Origin: an uncultured Gammaproteobacteria bacterium
GTDB taxonomy: Bacteria; Patescibacteriota; Patescibacteriia; Magasanikbacterales; UBA922
Length of the DNA: 47,405 nt
Assembly: GCA_964519725.1 (NCBI GenBank)
Contig: CAZFKS010000001.1
Coordinates: forward strand, 1-47,405
Direction: 5' to 3'
This document shows positions 36,447 through 46,230 of the stretch, piece by piece. The notes below the pieces were generated by a model. That model saw only the letters and a list, made by a program, of their open reading frames with translations. It was not told the origin of the DNA and made no database searches. How positions within the stretch are numbered: the stretch's first letter is position 1; each line of letters opens with the position of its first letter. A program made the position numbers and the translations under genes.

Positions 36447-37037
36447 ATGCCTCCACAAATTGTCCTGATTGGCACAACTTTAATTCTACTTACCTCATTT
36501 TCGTACATTAGAGATACTCTTTTTGGTCACACTAAGCCAAATCGGATCACTTGGCTACTCTGGGCAGTAATACCAGTTATTAGCCTAGGAATTTCGTACC
36601 AAGCAGGGGCCACAATTTGGGAAATCTTGCCAATCATTGCTGCCGGAGCTGGACCAGTTTTAATTTTTGCAGCTAGTCTTTTAAATAAACAGGCTTATTG
36701 GAAATTAACAACCTTTGACTTTGTTTGCGGGGTTTTATCAGTGATTGCCATGATTATCTGGCTCCTGGCTGATAGTCCGGTGATAGCCACAGTCTTTGTG
36801 ATTTTAGCTGATGCAGCGGCCTCGCTGCCAACTTTACACAAAACTTGGCTCGAACCAAGGTCAGAGTCCCGGGCTATTTATGTGGCTAGTACAATCGACA
36901 AAGGCCTTGGGCTCGCTATTCTTTCGAGTTGGAGTTTTGTGCACTCTGGCTTTATTATTTGGCTTTTAATCTGCAGTCTGATCATTATTGCTTTGACCTA
37001 TCGTCAAGTTCGTCCTCAGGTTGACAAAATTGCCTAA
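36447..37037 (+). CDS. hypothetical polytopic membrane protein
   Basis: About six hydrophobic segments and no recognised motif. The ATG at 36447 is preferred over the TTG at 36435. Confidence 0.45.
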   Translation: MPPQIVLIGTTLILLTSFSYIRDTLFGHTKPNRITWLLWAVIPVISLGISYQAGATIWEILPIIAAGAGPVLIFAASLLNKQAYWKLTTFDFVCGVLSVIAMIIWLLADSPVIATVFVILADAAASLPTLHKTWLEPRSESRAIYVASTIDKGLGLAILSSWSFVHSGFIIWLLICSLIIIALTYRQVRPQVDKIA

Positions 37038-37049
37038 AATTGGCATAAT
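37021..37049 (+). promoter_or_regulatory. promoter of trhO inside the end of the upstream gene (TTGACA-17-CATAAT)
   Basis: Consensus -35 at 37021-37026 and CATAAT at 37044-37049, 22 nt upstream of the ATG at 37072. Confidence 0.45.
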
Positions 37050-37071
37050 TTGGCCATATTTAGTGAAGTCT

Positions 37072-38007
37072 ATGTATCAAATTTTACTGTTTTACAAGTA
37101 CATCAAATTAGACAACCCCGAAGCCGTGGCCGCGGAGCAACGCACTCTTTGTGAACGCTTACATTTGAAGTGTCGCAGTATTATTGCGAACGAAGGTGTG
37201 AATGTGACCCTGGAAGGAAAAAAAGAAGACACTGAGGAATACATCCGCATCATGCAGGCTGATGCCCGGTTCAAGGATATTCACTTTAAACGGAGTGAAG
37301 GCACTGGTAACGCTTTTCCAAAAATTTCTATTAAAGTTCGTAAGGAAATTGTCACCCTTGGACTTGGTGATGATGATTTCAGTCCCACTGAAATTACTGG
37401 TAAATATTTGCAAGCCGAAGAATTGCATGATTGGTTCAAGAGTGGTAAAGAGTTTTACATTGTGGACATGCGCAATGATTATGAGTTTGCTGTGGGTCGT
37501 TTTAAAAATTCTATTTTGCCAAATTTAACTAATTTCCGAGACCTGCCAAAAAATTTACCAGTTTTAGAATCTTTAAAAGACAAAACTGTACTCACGGTTT
37601 GTACTGGTGGTGTACGCTGCGAAAAAGCCAGTGGTTTCTTGGTTAAAAATGGGTTCAAAGATGTTTACCAATTATTTGGTGGGATTGTGACCTACATGGA
37701 AAAATATCCAAATGAAGATTTCCATGGTCTCTTATATGTTTTTGATGGGCGCGTCACCATGGGCTTTAATGTGAGTGACCCAAGTCACGTTGTGGTGGGT
37801 GAATGTCATTTGTGTAAAGCCAAAACGGAAAATTACATTGATTGTAAATATATTCACTGCCGTGGTCACCGCCATATTTTGTGCTGCCAAGATTGCGAAG
37901 CCAAAGGTGGTGGCTATTGTTCACCAAACTGTAAAAAACAAGACCTGGCTAAGTTGCCGTGGTGGAAAAATTTATTTAAAAAATTAACCTTTAAATATGG
38001 GCGCTGA
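37072..38007 (+). CDS. trhO: rhodanese-domain tRNA uridine(34) hydroxylase (YceA/TrhO family)
   Basis: ILLFYKY N-terminus, rhodanese active-site loop CTGGVRCEK and a C-terminal Cys-rich tail. Confidence 0.85.
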   Translation: MYQILLFYKYIKLDNPEAVAAEQRTLCERLHLKCRSIIANEGVNVTLEGKKEDTEEYIRIMQADARFKDIHFKRSEGTGNAFPKISIKVRKEIVTLGLGDDDFSPTEITGKYLQAEELHDWFKSGKEFYIVDMRNDYEFAVGRFKNSILPNLTNFRDLPKNLPVLESLKDKTVLTVCTGGVRCEKASGFLVKNGFKDVYQLFGGIVTYMEKYPNEDFHGLLYVFDGRVTMGFNVSDPSHVVVGECHLCKAKTENYIDCKYIHCRGHRHILCCQDCEAKGGGYCSPNCKKQDLAKLPWWKNLFKKLTFKYGR

Positions 38008-38422
38008 ATCTGGAAAAAAAGTTAAAATTCATTACACTGGCCGCCTAAATGATGGTACGGTTTTTGATACTTCTACTAACCGCGAACCACTCGAATTTGT
38101 ACTTGGCAGTGGAATGGTGATCAAAGGTTTTGATGCGGGAGTAACCGGTATGGAAGTGGGCGAAAAGAAAACCATTGAAATTCCAGCTCTTGAAGCCTAC
38201 GGCGAAAGTAACCCAGAAATGTTTATTCGTGTGCCAAAGACCGCCGTGCCACCTGACATGGCGCTTGAAGTTGGTTTAGATTTATATTTACCGCAACCAA
38301 ATGGCGGCGGCATTCCAGTGGTAGTGGCGGAAATTACTGACACTGAAATTGTGCTTGATGCCAATCACCGGTTGGCGGGCAAAGATTTGATTTTTGATTT
38401 AGAGCTAGTTGAAATTCTCTAG
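37997..38422 (+). CDS. FKBP-type peptidyl-prolyl cis-trans isomerase (SlyD-like)
   Basis: VKIHYTGRLNDGTVFDTS, GFDAGVTGM and an insert-in-flap-like segment ending LAGKDLIFDLELVEI. Confidence 0.85.
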   Translation: MGAESGKKVKIHYTGRLNDGTVFDTSTNREPLEFVLGSGMVIKGFDAGVTGMEVGEKKTIEIPALEAYGESNPEMFIRVPKTAVPPDMALEVGLDLYLPQPNGGGIPVVVAEITDTEIVLDANHRLAGKDLIFDLELVEIL

Positions 38423-38423
38423 C

Positions 38424-39659
38424 ATGAAAAAAAATTCTTTGGTCTCGATTTTTTTAACGGTTTTTATTGACCTGATTGGGATTGGCATGGCCATTCCAGT
38501 GATTACGCCGTATTTGTTGACTTCACCTGATTTATTTCGGGCGGGGACTAGTTTAGAAACCCGCAATATCGTACTTGGTCTTTTGCTGGCTAGTTATCCA
38601 ATTTTGCAATTTTTTGGCGCCCCACTCTTGGGTACTTTGTCTGACCGCTATGGCCGCAAGAAAATTTTGCTTATTTCACTCATAGGAACAGCGCTTGGGT
38701 ATGTGCTTTTTGCGCTTGGAATTATGACTAACCAGCTTTGGCTATTATTTGTATCGCGCTCACTAGATGGTTTTACAGGCGGAAACATTGCCACCGCCAT
38801 GTCAGTTATTTCTGATGTAAGTGAGGGGAAAGATAAAACCAAAAATTTTGGTATGGTGGGCATGGCGTTTGGACTTGGTTTTATTTTAGGTCCATTCCTG
38901 GGTGGTAAATTGTCTGACCCAACGGTACTATCGTGGTTTAATAATGCGACCCCATTTTGGGCCGCGGCTTTACTGTGTCTTTTCAATATTGGACTACTAC
39001 TATTTAGATTTCAAGAAACTCTCAAGACTACCATTCATACAAAAATCACTGCGCTCACCGGTTTTAAAAATGTGGCCAAAGCTTGGAAACTGGCCAGTTT
39101 GCGCCGGGTTTTCCTAACAATTTTTCTACTCACATTTGGCTTTACTTTTTTCACTCAGTTTTTTCAAGTATTTTTAATTGAACGTTTTCACTTTAGTAAT
39201 GGTCAGGTGGGAAATTTATTTGCGTACGTTGGTCTCTGGATGGCCTTTACTCAAGGTGTCCTAACCCGGCCAAGTATTAAGCGGTTCAAGGCTGACGCAA
39301 TTTTATCAGCCGCAGTACTTGGCATGACCGTTGTTTTCCTAGTTCTAACATTACCAAAAAGTAGTTGGCTGCTTTACACCATTATTCCGTTCATTGCGAT
39401 TTTTCAAGGCCATATCCAACCAACCAGTACCAGTATTATTTCAGATTTAGCTGGTAGAGAAGCACAGGGTGAAGTAATGGGAATTAACCAGTCAGTGATT
39501 TCACTGGCCATGATTGCGCCACCAATTATTTCCGGCGTGATTGCTGGTTTTCACTACACCTTACCATTAATTGCCGCGTCAATTTTCACTTTTATTGGTT
39601 GGCTGGTATTTCAAAATCACCGTCGCCACACTACTCAGGAACAATTCCACGCTGAATAA
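38424..39659 (+). CDS. MFS transporter (Tet/TCR-like)
   Basis: 12 TM segments and motif A GTLSDRYGRKKILL. Confidence 0.8.
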   Translation: MKKNSLVSIFLTVFIDLIGIGMAIPVITPYLLTSPDLFRAGTSLETRNIVLGLLLASYPILQFFGAPLLGTLSDRYGRKKILLISLIGTALGYVLFALGIMTNQLWLLFVSRSLDGFTGGNIATAMSVISDVSEGKDKTKNFGMVGMAFGLGFILGPFLGGKLSDPTVLSWFNNATPFWAAALLCLFNIGLLLFRFQETLKTTIHTKITALTGFKNVAKAWKLASLRRVFLTIFLLTFGFTFFTQFFQVFLIERFHFSNGQVGNLFAYVGLWMAFTQGVLTRPSIKRFKADAILSAAVLGMTVVFLVLTLPKSSWLLYTIIPFIAIFQGHIQPTSTSIISDLAGREAQGEVMGINQSVISLAMIAPPIISGVIAGFHYTLPLIAASIFTFIGWLVFQNHRRHTTQEQFHAE

Positions 39660-39660
39660 T

Positions 39661-41046
39661 ATGGTCCCGCGCGTCATGAGTACTCAGCACCCAGATAATG
39701 TCTCTATTCCAAGTTTTGCTGAGAATGAAATTTTTTCACCTGAAGATGAGCTCAAAGAAGCACTCTTTGGGTACAAAAATTTAGGTTGTGACGAACAGAT
39801 GTGGGATGCTGAGGGTAAAGAAGCTAATCCAGAAATTCTTGATCATATTTTTGCGACTGACCACCAATTTTTCCGCGAGCACCAGCTGGGGCAAAAAATA
39901 AAACTGACCTACCGTTTTCCTAATCCGCGTTTAGAGCCAAATCGCGCGCACGTGATTAGTGACATGCTAAAAAAAATCCCTGAACTCACCGAAACTGCCA
40001 AGCGTTATTATGCCCGGGCCAAACAGCCAATTATTGAATTTATTTTGCCGCAAGCCACTTCGGCTGAGGAAATTATGGCCTTACAAAAAATGAGTTCAGT
40101 GCCAATTCAAGGCATTCCACTCCTTGAGAGTCTGGATAAAATTACGCGCAGCAGTCAAATGATTGAAAAAATTATTCAGGGTACAAATCCAGATTATCAG
40201 CGGGTGTTTTTGGCCCGTTCTGATCCGGCTTTGCAATCTGGAATGCTAGCCGCTATTTTAGCGACCAAAGTGGCACTGTTTCGTTTACATAATCTATCTA
40301 AGAAAATTCGTGTTCCAATTTACCCAATTGTTGGGGTGGGTAGTGCGCCGTTTCGTGGTCACTTCACTCCACTCACCGCGCTAGAAATTTGGCATGAATA
40401 CGCTGGGGCCGCGACTTTGTCAGCTCAATCGTCATTTAAATTTGATTACGAAGAAAAGGTAGTGGCTCGGGCTGTGGCTAATTTACGCAAAGAAAAAATA
40501 ACTGAGCCGCAAAGTTTACCAGAACGCAAAGTCTTGTTTTTAATGACTAAATTAGAACATGCCTACCAAGCCGAAATGCGCAAAGTTTTACCGCTTGTTT
40601 CGACGATTGCGCCATTTGTGCCACCGCGCCGCCGTCGTTTTGCCGTGACTGGTAATAAAAAAGATTATGGTCGCGGCTTTACTGGTTACACTGGTAAACC
40701 ACTCCCGCGCGCGATTGGTTTTACGGCCGCTCTGTATTCAATTGGCCTACCCCCAGAATTATTTGGCTTGTCTTGCCTCACTGAAAAAGATGCGGACTTG
40801 CTAACAGAAATTTATCCGTCGTGGCTTCGTGATATAAGTAGTGCGGCTAAATATTTGGATCCAACTACGCGGGTTGGTAAAGGCCTTCAAGAAGTGGTTA
40901 AAAATTTAGGTCTAGTCATTGAGCCAGATAAAGAACACATCCATTACAGTGCACACATTATCAAAGTGTTTAAAAATAAAAAACAAAACGAACACTTGAG
41001 TGAAATAATTTTAGAAGCCGCACGCGTCCGTAACTTTTTAGGTTAA
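39661..41046 (+). CDS. ppcA: archaeal-type phosphoenolpyruvate carboxylase (PepcA family)
   Basis: N-terminal PRVMSTQHPDN hallmark, a size of about 460 aa, and GVGSAPFRGH. Start trimmed to the ATG at 39661. Confidence 0.75.
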   Translation: MVPRVMSTQHPDNVSIPSFAENEIFSPEDELKEALFGYKNLGCDEQMWDAEGKEANPEILDHIFATDHQFFREHQLGQKIKLTYRFPNPRLEPNRAHVISDMLKKIPELTETAKRYYARAKQPIIEFILPQATSAEEIMALQKMSSVPIQGIPLLESLDKITRSSQMIEKIIQGTNPDYQRVFLARSDPALQSGMLAAILATKVALFRLHNLSKKIRVPIYPIVGVGSAPFRGHFTPLTALEIWHEYAGAATLSAQSSFKFDYEEKVVARAVANLRKEKITEPQSLPERKVLFLMTKLEHAYQAEMRKVLPLVSTIAPFVPPRRRRFAVTGNKKDYGRGFTGYTGKPLPRAIGFTAALYSIGLPPELFGLSCLTEKDADLLTEIYPSWLRDISSAAKYLDPTTRVGKGLQEVVKNLGLVIEPDKEHIHYSAHIIKVFKNKKQNEHLSEIILEAARVRNFLG

Positions 41047-41047
41047 T

Positions 41048-41353
41048 ATGAAACTGCAATTTCCCAAACCAATCCATTATTTCCCGCGGCAATTAATTCG
41101 CCGGGCTGGGTATGGTGAAATGACTAACCGCGAGGGCGAACTGAGCTATGTACGCGTGCTTGGGGTGGGTGGATACCCACGCTGGCATGCTTACTTGGAG
41201 GAAACTGCGGCTGGATTCACGGTCAATGTACATCTTGATCAAAAAAAGCCAGTGTATGCTGGCCAAACTGCGCATAATGGTGAGTATGAGGGCGCGATTG
41301 TTGAGGCTGAGTGCGCCCGGATTGTGCACGTGATCAAACCATTTTTAACCTAA
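41048..41353 (+). CDS. hypothetical protein (101 aa)
   Basis: ORF 1 nt downstream of the PEPC gene. No recognised motif. Confidence 0.5.
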   Translation: MKLQFPKPIHYFPRQLIRRAGYGEMTNREGELSYVRVLGVGGYPRWHAYLEETAAGFTVNVHLDQKKPVYAGQTAHNGEYEGAIVEAECARIVHVIKPFLT

Positions 41354-42411
41354 ACACAGATCAAATTTTTTGGCGCTTGATTTAAGACTTCCGCGCCGTT
41401 TTTAGTGACCAAAATATCATCTTCAATCCGAATTCCTAATTTACCAGGATAATACACACCTGGTTCAATTGTCACAATCATGTTTTCTGCCAAAACAGCC
41501 TGACTTTGACTAGAAATTCCTGGCCACTCGTGCACGGCCGTGCCAACCCCATGACCAAGACCATGAATGAAAAACTCTGAGTCTTCACCTAAAACTGTGC
41601 GACAAATTTTATCCAGCTCACCAGCTAAAACACCGGGCTTAACCGCTTCAATTGCTTGCTGCTGGCTATTTTTAACAGTCTCGTACAAATTCTGCTCTTC
41701 AACACTCGGTTGACCAATAAAAATAGTGCGCGATAAATCTGAACAATAGCCGTTTATTTTAAGTCCAATGTCTAGCACACAAAAACCAGGTAACAGGGGA
41801 GTGTCGTTGGTTTGGTGGTGTGGCTCAGCCGCATTCGCTGCGCTCGCAATAATTGGTGGAAATGAAACCGTACAGTTATGTTCAAGCGCAAACTGATAAA
41901 CCTGTCGGGCTGCGTCAGCTTCAGTTTTAAACTTTGGCCAATTAATGACTAAAGAAGTAAATAATTTGTCAGTCACTGCAGCTACTTCGCGCATGGCCAT
42001 GATTTCAGCTTTAGTTTTAATGGCCACGACTTTTTCTAGACCAGTGGCTGGTTTTAGAGTAAAAATCTCACTCAAACTTTTAACCAGAGCAGCCGGAAAA
42101 ACATTTTCTCTGATTAACACTGTTTCACTTAGTTTAATAATTCGAGTCAATAAATTTTTTACATTTTGATCAAGTGCCCTTACTGAAACCCCGGAAAACC
42201 TGGTCGTGGCTTCAGGCACTTCAAATGGTGTTAACCATAAGATTGCTTCACCACTTTTAGGAATTAGCAGAGCCACGTGCTCAGGCTCATAACCCAAAAC
42301 ATAAGTTAAAACTGAGTCATTAATTTCATGACTCAAACTAGTAAGCAAAAGATAATCCGCCCCATCACTCTCAAGAAATTTTTGTAAATTTTTTATCTTT
42401 TCTATATGCAT
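41350..42411 (-). CDS. M24-family Xaa-Pro peptidase
   Basis: Metal-ligand blocks DIGLKINGYCSD, HGLGHGVG, VTIEPG and IRIEDD. Confidence 0.85.
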   Translation of the reverse strand: MHIEKIKNLQKFLESDGADYLLLTSLSHEINDSVLTYVLGYEPEHVALLIPKSGEAILWLTPFEVPEATTRFSGVSVRALDQNVKNLLTRIIKLSETVLIRENVFPAALVKSLSEIFTLKPATGLEKVVAIKTKAEIMAMREVAAVTDKLFTSLVINWPKFKTEADAARQVYQFALEHNCTVSFPPIIASAANAAEPHHQTNDTPLLPGFCVLDIGLKINGYCSDLSRTIFIGQPSVEEQNLYETVKNSQQQAIEAVKPGVLAGELDKICRTVLGEDSEFFIHGLGHGVGTAVHEWPGISSQSQAVLAENMIVTIEPGVYYPGKLGIRIEDDILVTKNGAEVLNQAPKNLICV

Positions 42412-42416
42412 ATTAG

Positions 42417-43187
42417 TTAGCGCCGCCGGAACGGAAGAAAAATCACAAAACTAATTAAGGCATGAACAGCCGAAACCACCAGTGCGTACCAAAATAACCA
42501 GGTTAAAAATCCGGGCGAAACAGAAATCACCAGCGGGCGGTGCAAAAGTTCAGCCATACTATTGATAATTAAAAGTAGGGCAATTAGCCAAACCAAGCCA
42601 CGCCACATACTTTTTTGATCAACTGGACTTGGGGCCAAGTGACTTGCCACGGCAAATGACAAGTAAATAAATAACCAAAAGCGGGGATTGTGAAGATTAG
42701 TACTAGAAAATAAAGTTTTGAAAATAGAAGTCAAACTGGCAACATTTAGCTGCAATTGGGAAATTGCTTGCCTGACTTCGGCTGAATTTGGTAATAGCCA
42801 AATAAATAAGAGCCATAAAACCAAAACCCCACCCAGGAGTGGAGCGGCCCCAATAAAAAAATTCCCAATTTGCTGAAACCAGTTGCGCGGATTATAACTG
42901 TGTAAAACTTCACCTAATTTTCCACTCTGATGATTTGGTTTAAACAGCGATACAGAATCGATCCGGTGAAAAAATAATTTGGCCACTAAATAATGACTTA
43001 GTTCATGTATAGGTGTGCCAATCCAGGCAGTCCACAAAATTCCCAGCCAACCAATGCTTTGATAATATTGTTTTTGAGTAAAAGTTTGGAGCACTGACAG
43101 CACAAACCCCGTCACCAAGAAAAACCCAAACACAGCGACCAGCTGCAATCCAGTTATTTTTAAAACCGCGAGAAAAAAATTTTCCAT
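42417..43187 (-). CDS. membrane protein with HExxH motif (putative zincin, same family as 23469-23984)
   Basis: GTPIHELSHYLVAKLFF...GEVLH, followed by several TM segments. TATACT (43195-43200) lies 7 nt upstream of the ATG. Confidence 0.5.
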   Translation of the reverse strand: MENFFLAVLKITGLQLVAVFGFFLVTGFVLSVLQTFTQKQYYQSIGWLGILWTAWIGTPIHELSHYLVAKLFFHRIDSVSLFKPNHQSGKLGEVLHSYNPRNWFQQIGNFFIGAAPLLGGVLVLWLLFIWLLPNSAEVRQAISQLQLNVASLTSIFKTLFSSTNLHNPRFWLFIYLSFAVASHLAPSPVDQKSMWRGLVWLIALLLIINSMAELLHRPLVISVSPGFLTWLFWYALVVSAVHALISFVIFLPFRRR

Positions 43188-43202
43188 ATTGAGCAGTATA
43201 AC

Positions 43203-43237
43203 AAAAAAATCCCCCAGCCATAAGGCAAGGGGATTTT
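43203..43237 (-). terminator. intrinsic terminator of rpmA
   Basis: Minus strand reads AAAAUCCCC, a 14-nt loop, GGGGAUUUU and further U residues. The stem is 9 bp, immediately after the rpmA stop. Confidence 0.7.
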
Positions 43238-43239
43238 AA

Positions 43240-43521
43240 TTATGCTGCGACGGTAATGTTCACGAACTTGGTAAGCTTGAGACTGCCATCAAAGCGACGG
43301 CGTTTGCGCTGAGTGAATTTTACTACACCTGACGCAAGAGCAAACAAAGTATCATCTGAACCATGACCAACGTTTAGACCAGGGTGGATACTAGTACCGC
43401 GTTGACGAACAAGCACAGTACCTGGGGTCACGGTTTCGCCATCACCAACCTTGACGCCAAGGTATTTTGGTTGCGAATCGCGGCCCAGTCTAGTGGAACC
43501 ACCCGCCTTTTTATGTGACAT
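43240..43521 (-). CDS. rpmA: 50S ribosomal protein L27
   Basis: [24 protein letters not shown]...RQRGT..HPG.NVG.G.DDTLFA. Confidence 0.95.
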   Translation of the reverse strand: MSHKKAGGSTRLGRDSQPKYLGVKVGDGETVTPGTVLVRQRGTSIHPGLNVGHGSDDTLFALASGVVKFTQRKRRRFDGSLKLTKFVNITVAA

Positions 43522-43579
43522 AAAAGGAGGATTATGTTTGAAGCTTCCCCTCCACTACCATGGAGAGTACGATGAGGCC

Positions 43580-43608
43580 AGTCTACCATGAGATAATTGC
43601 TTTGTCAA
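43580..43608 (-). promoter_or_regulatory. promoter of rpmA (TTGACA-17-TAGACT)
   Basis: Minus strand has TTGACA (43603-43608) and TAGACT (43580-43585). The leader is about 50 nt. Confidence 0.5.
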
Positions 43609-43626
43609 GCCAAAATACTGTATACT
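43597..43626 (+). promoter_or_regulatory. divergent promoter (TTGCTT-18-TATACT), leaderless geometry
   Basis: TATACT at 43621-43626 is 8 nt upstream of the ATG at 43635. Confidence 0.4.
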
Positions 43627-43634
43627 GGGGCAGT

Positions 43635-43997
43635 ATGGTAAAAACCCTCTATCCCTTTAAACTCTTTGTCACCAGTAAACCCATTTTCATTGGGTTTTTA
43701 TTATCCCTGGCCATTAATTTGGGCGCCTGGTTTTGGCTCTACTTTGGAGCAGTCCCACGCGGTGAAGACGCAGTGCTCCATTATTCAATTTTGTTCCAAG
43801 TTGACCGTCTGGGGGCATTTGGCAACTTGTACCATGTCCCAGCCATTGGTCTTGGCTTTTTGCTCCTTAATACTATCATTGCCTGGTTAATTTACAATGA
43901 AGATTCTTTTTTAGCTGAATTAATTGTGGTCGTCACGACAATTTTAGAACTGGGTGTGCTGGCAGCGGCCAGTGTGCTAGTTTTTTTGAATGGCTAA
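43635..43997 (+). CDS. hypothetical small membrane protein (120 aa)
   Basis: Three to four TM segments. Start chosen at the ATG at 43635 because of the -10 geometry. The track ORF begins at 43560. Confidence 0.45.
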   Translation: MVKTLYPFKLFVTSKPIFIGFLLSLAINLGAWFWLYFGAVPRGEDAVLHYSILFQVDRLGAFGNLYHVPAIGLGFLLLNTIIAWLIYNEDSFLAELIVVVTTILELGVLAAASVLVFLNG

Positions 43998-45117
43998 TAT
44001 GAAACGGGGAGTGCCTGATCTAGGTTTACTAGCACTGTGTACTGGCCTCTTAATTTTTGGCTTGTTAATGTTAACCTCAGCCAGCTCAGTCGTAGGTCTA
44101 TCATTATTTGGTGACTCATATTTTTTTATTAAACGCCAAGTTTTATTTGGGCTTTTACCTGGCTTGATGGCAGCCTATATTTTTTACCATGTCCCAACGG
44201 CTTGGTGGCAAAAAAATGCTGGTCTGGTCATGGGTGCATCTTTGGCTTTGTTAGTTGCAGTCTTGATACCTGGTCTAGGTGAAACCTATGATAAAAATGC
44301 GCGCTCCTGGATTAATTTATTTGGTTTTTCCTTTCAGCCAGCCGAATTTATTAAATTTGGGTTAATTTTATTTTTCTCTGGCTACTTACTCAATCGTCGT
44401 GACCGCTTAAAAGACTGGAATAATGGGTTTGTGCCCTCACTCACGGCGGGTTTAATTCCGGTCGCCCTGTTAATTGCACAGCCAGATGTTGGAACTGGAT
44501 CAATTGTGTTTGCCCTCGTCCTGGCCCTATTATTTTTTGCTGGCGCAGAGCTAAAACACCTTGGCACGTTGTTATTAGTTGGTTTGGTTGGGTTTGGGAT
44601 TATGATTGGCCTAGCGCCATACCGTTTGCAGCGTGTAACCACTTTTTTACACCCTGAACTTGATCCGCAAGGAGTTGGTTACCAGATTAACCAAGCGTAT
44701 TTAGCGATTGGTTCGGGTGGGGTGCTGGGACTTGGGCTTGGTCATTCACGTCAAAAATTTCACTACTTACCAGAAGTGCACGCGGACAGTATTTTTGCGG
44801 TCATAGCTGAAGAAACTGGTTTTATAATCACCGTGTTATTTTTACTTGGCTTATATATTTTGGTTAGAAAAATTTTTACTTTGGCCAAACACACCAGCAA
44901 TGAATATGATCGGCTAGTGTTACTTGGAATTGGTAGTTGGATTACGATTCAAAGTTTTTTAAATATTGGTGCCATTATTGGTCTTCTGCCGCTGACTGGC
45001 GTGCCATTACCGTTTGTTAGTCACGGTGGCAGTTCGCTCCTAGCACTACTTGCGGCCCTTGGTTTAGTTTTGCAAATTAGTCAGAATCCTAAAGCCAAAT
45101 CGTATGAAAAAAATTAA
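43990..45117 (+). CDS. ftsW: FtsW/RodA/SpoVE-family peptidoglycan polymerase
   Basis: SEDS motifs: SFQPAEFIKF, QPDVGT, GVGYQINQAYLAIGSGG and PLPFVSHGGSS. Located upstream of murG. Confidence 0.85.
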   Translation: MANMKRGVPDLGLLALCTGLLIFGLLMLTSASSVVGLSLFGDSYFFIKRQVLFGLLPGLMAAYIFYHVPTAWWQKNAGLVMGASLALLVAVLIPGLGETYDKNARSWINLFGFSFQPAEFIKFGLILFFSGYLLNRRDRLKDWNNGFVPSLTAGLIPVALLIAQPDVGTGSIVFALVLALLFFAGAELKHLGTLLLVGLVGFGIMIGLAPYRLQRVTTFLHPELDPQGVGYQINQAYLAIGSGGVLGLGLGHSRQKFHYLPEVHADSIFAVIAEETGFIITVLFLLGLYILVRKIFTLAKHTSNEYDRLVLLGIGSWITIQSFLNIGAIIGLLPLTGVPLPFVSHGGSSLLALLAALGLVLQISQNPKAKSYEKN

Positions 45118-46192
45118 AATCATGTATTCAGGTGGTGGAACGCTTGGCCCAGTCACACCACTCCTGGCCATTCATGAAGCTCTGGCCACTGAATTTGGCG
45201 AGATCTACGAACCAATTTGGCTTGGCACTCGAAACGGTATTGAACAAGATCTGGTAAAAAGTTATGGCATTCCGTATCACGCCATGATGGCTGGTAAACT
45301 CCGCCGCTATATTTCGTTTTGGAACATTACTGATCTGATTAAAATTTTTATTGGTGTGTTTCAAGCCATTTGGTTTCTTAGCACCAAAAATCCAACTCTG
45401 TGTATTTCAGCTGGTGGTTTTGTGTCAGTACCAGTGCACTTTGCCGCTTGGCTATTAGGTATTCCAACCTGGATTCACCAGCAAGATGTGCAGGTAAGCT
45501 TGGCCAATCGGCTCATGAAACCATTTGCGCGCAAAATCACAACTGTTTTAGAAGTCCAAACTAAATTATTTTCCCCCAAGAAAACCAGTTGGCTGGGAAA
45601 TCCAATTCGCACTGAAATTTTTACAGGCTCTAAAAAAGTCGCCACTAAATTATTTTCTATTACTAAGAATTTACCAATTTTACTAGTTACTGGTGGTGGC
45701 ACTGGGTCACAAAAAATTAACCAGTTACTAGTCGAGTCTCTGCCGCATTTGCGCGGGGTATGTGAAGTAATCCATTTAACGGGGCGTGATCGGCCGCAAG
45801 AATTAGTGATCCGCGCAGCAGAAATTTTTAAAGATTATTACCACACCACGCAATTTTTAACTACAGAAATGAAAGATGTGTACGCGGCCGCTGACCTGAT
45901 TATTTCGCGGGGTGGTTTTGGCACCATTACCGAAATTGCGGCCATTAAAAAACCAGTAATTGTGATTCCTAAGCCTGGTCACCAATTAGAAAATGTCCAG
46001 TATTTTGAAAAACTGGGCGGCCTCTACTCACTAGATGAACGTGAAATTGATGCCAATTATTTAGGGCAAATGATTAAACGACTCCTTAGTGAGCCAAGAA
46101 CTCTGACTGAACGGGCCAACAAATTACACAGTTTATTACCACCAGCTAAAACCGAGCAAATTGTGGGGATTGTTAAGGAGCTTTTAAAATAA
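45104..46192 (+). CDS. murG: undecaprenyldiphospho-muramoylpentapeptide beta-N-acetylglucosaminyltransferase
   Basis: GGGTLGPVTPLLA, TGGGTGSQKIN and SRGGFGTITE. Confidence 0.9.
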   Translation: MKKIKIMYSGGGTLGPVTPLLAIHEALATEFGEIYEPIWLGTRNGIEQDLVKSYGIPYHAMMAGKLRRYISFWNITDLIKIFIGVFQAIWFLSTKNPTLCISAGGFVSVPVHFAAWLLGIPTWIHQQDVQVSLANRLMKPFARKITTVLEVQTKLFSPKKTSWLGNPIRTEIFTGSKKVATKLFSITKNLPILLVTGGGTGSQKINQLLVESLPHLRGVCEVIHLTGRDRPQELVIRAAEIFKDYYHTTQFLTTEMKDVYAAADLIISRGGFGTITEIAAIKKPVIVIPKPGHQLENVQYFEKLGGLYSLDEREIDANYLGQMIKRLLSEPRTLTERANKLHSLLPPAKTEQIVGIVKELLK

Positions 46193-46230
46193 TCGCCAAA
46201 CCCTGAGTCATTTGCTATACTCGCTGTATT

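Noticed and set aside
43534-43575. 13-codon plus-strand ORF ([13 protein letters not shown]) preceded by AAAGGAGG
   Set aside because: The SD-to-ATG spacing is only 3 nt, and the ORF lies inside the rpmA leader and divergent-promoter region. The GGAGG is more simply the complement of the CCUCC just upstream of the rpmA AUG. No further support was found.
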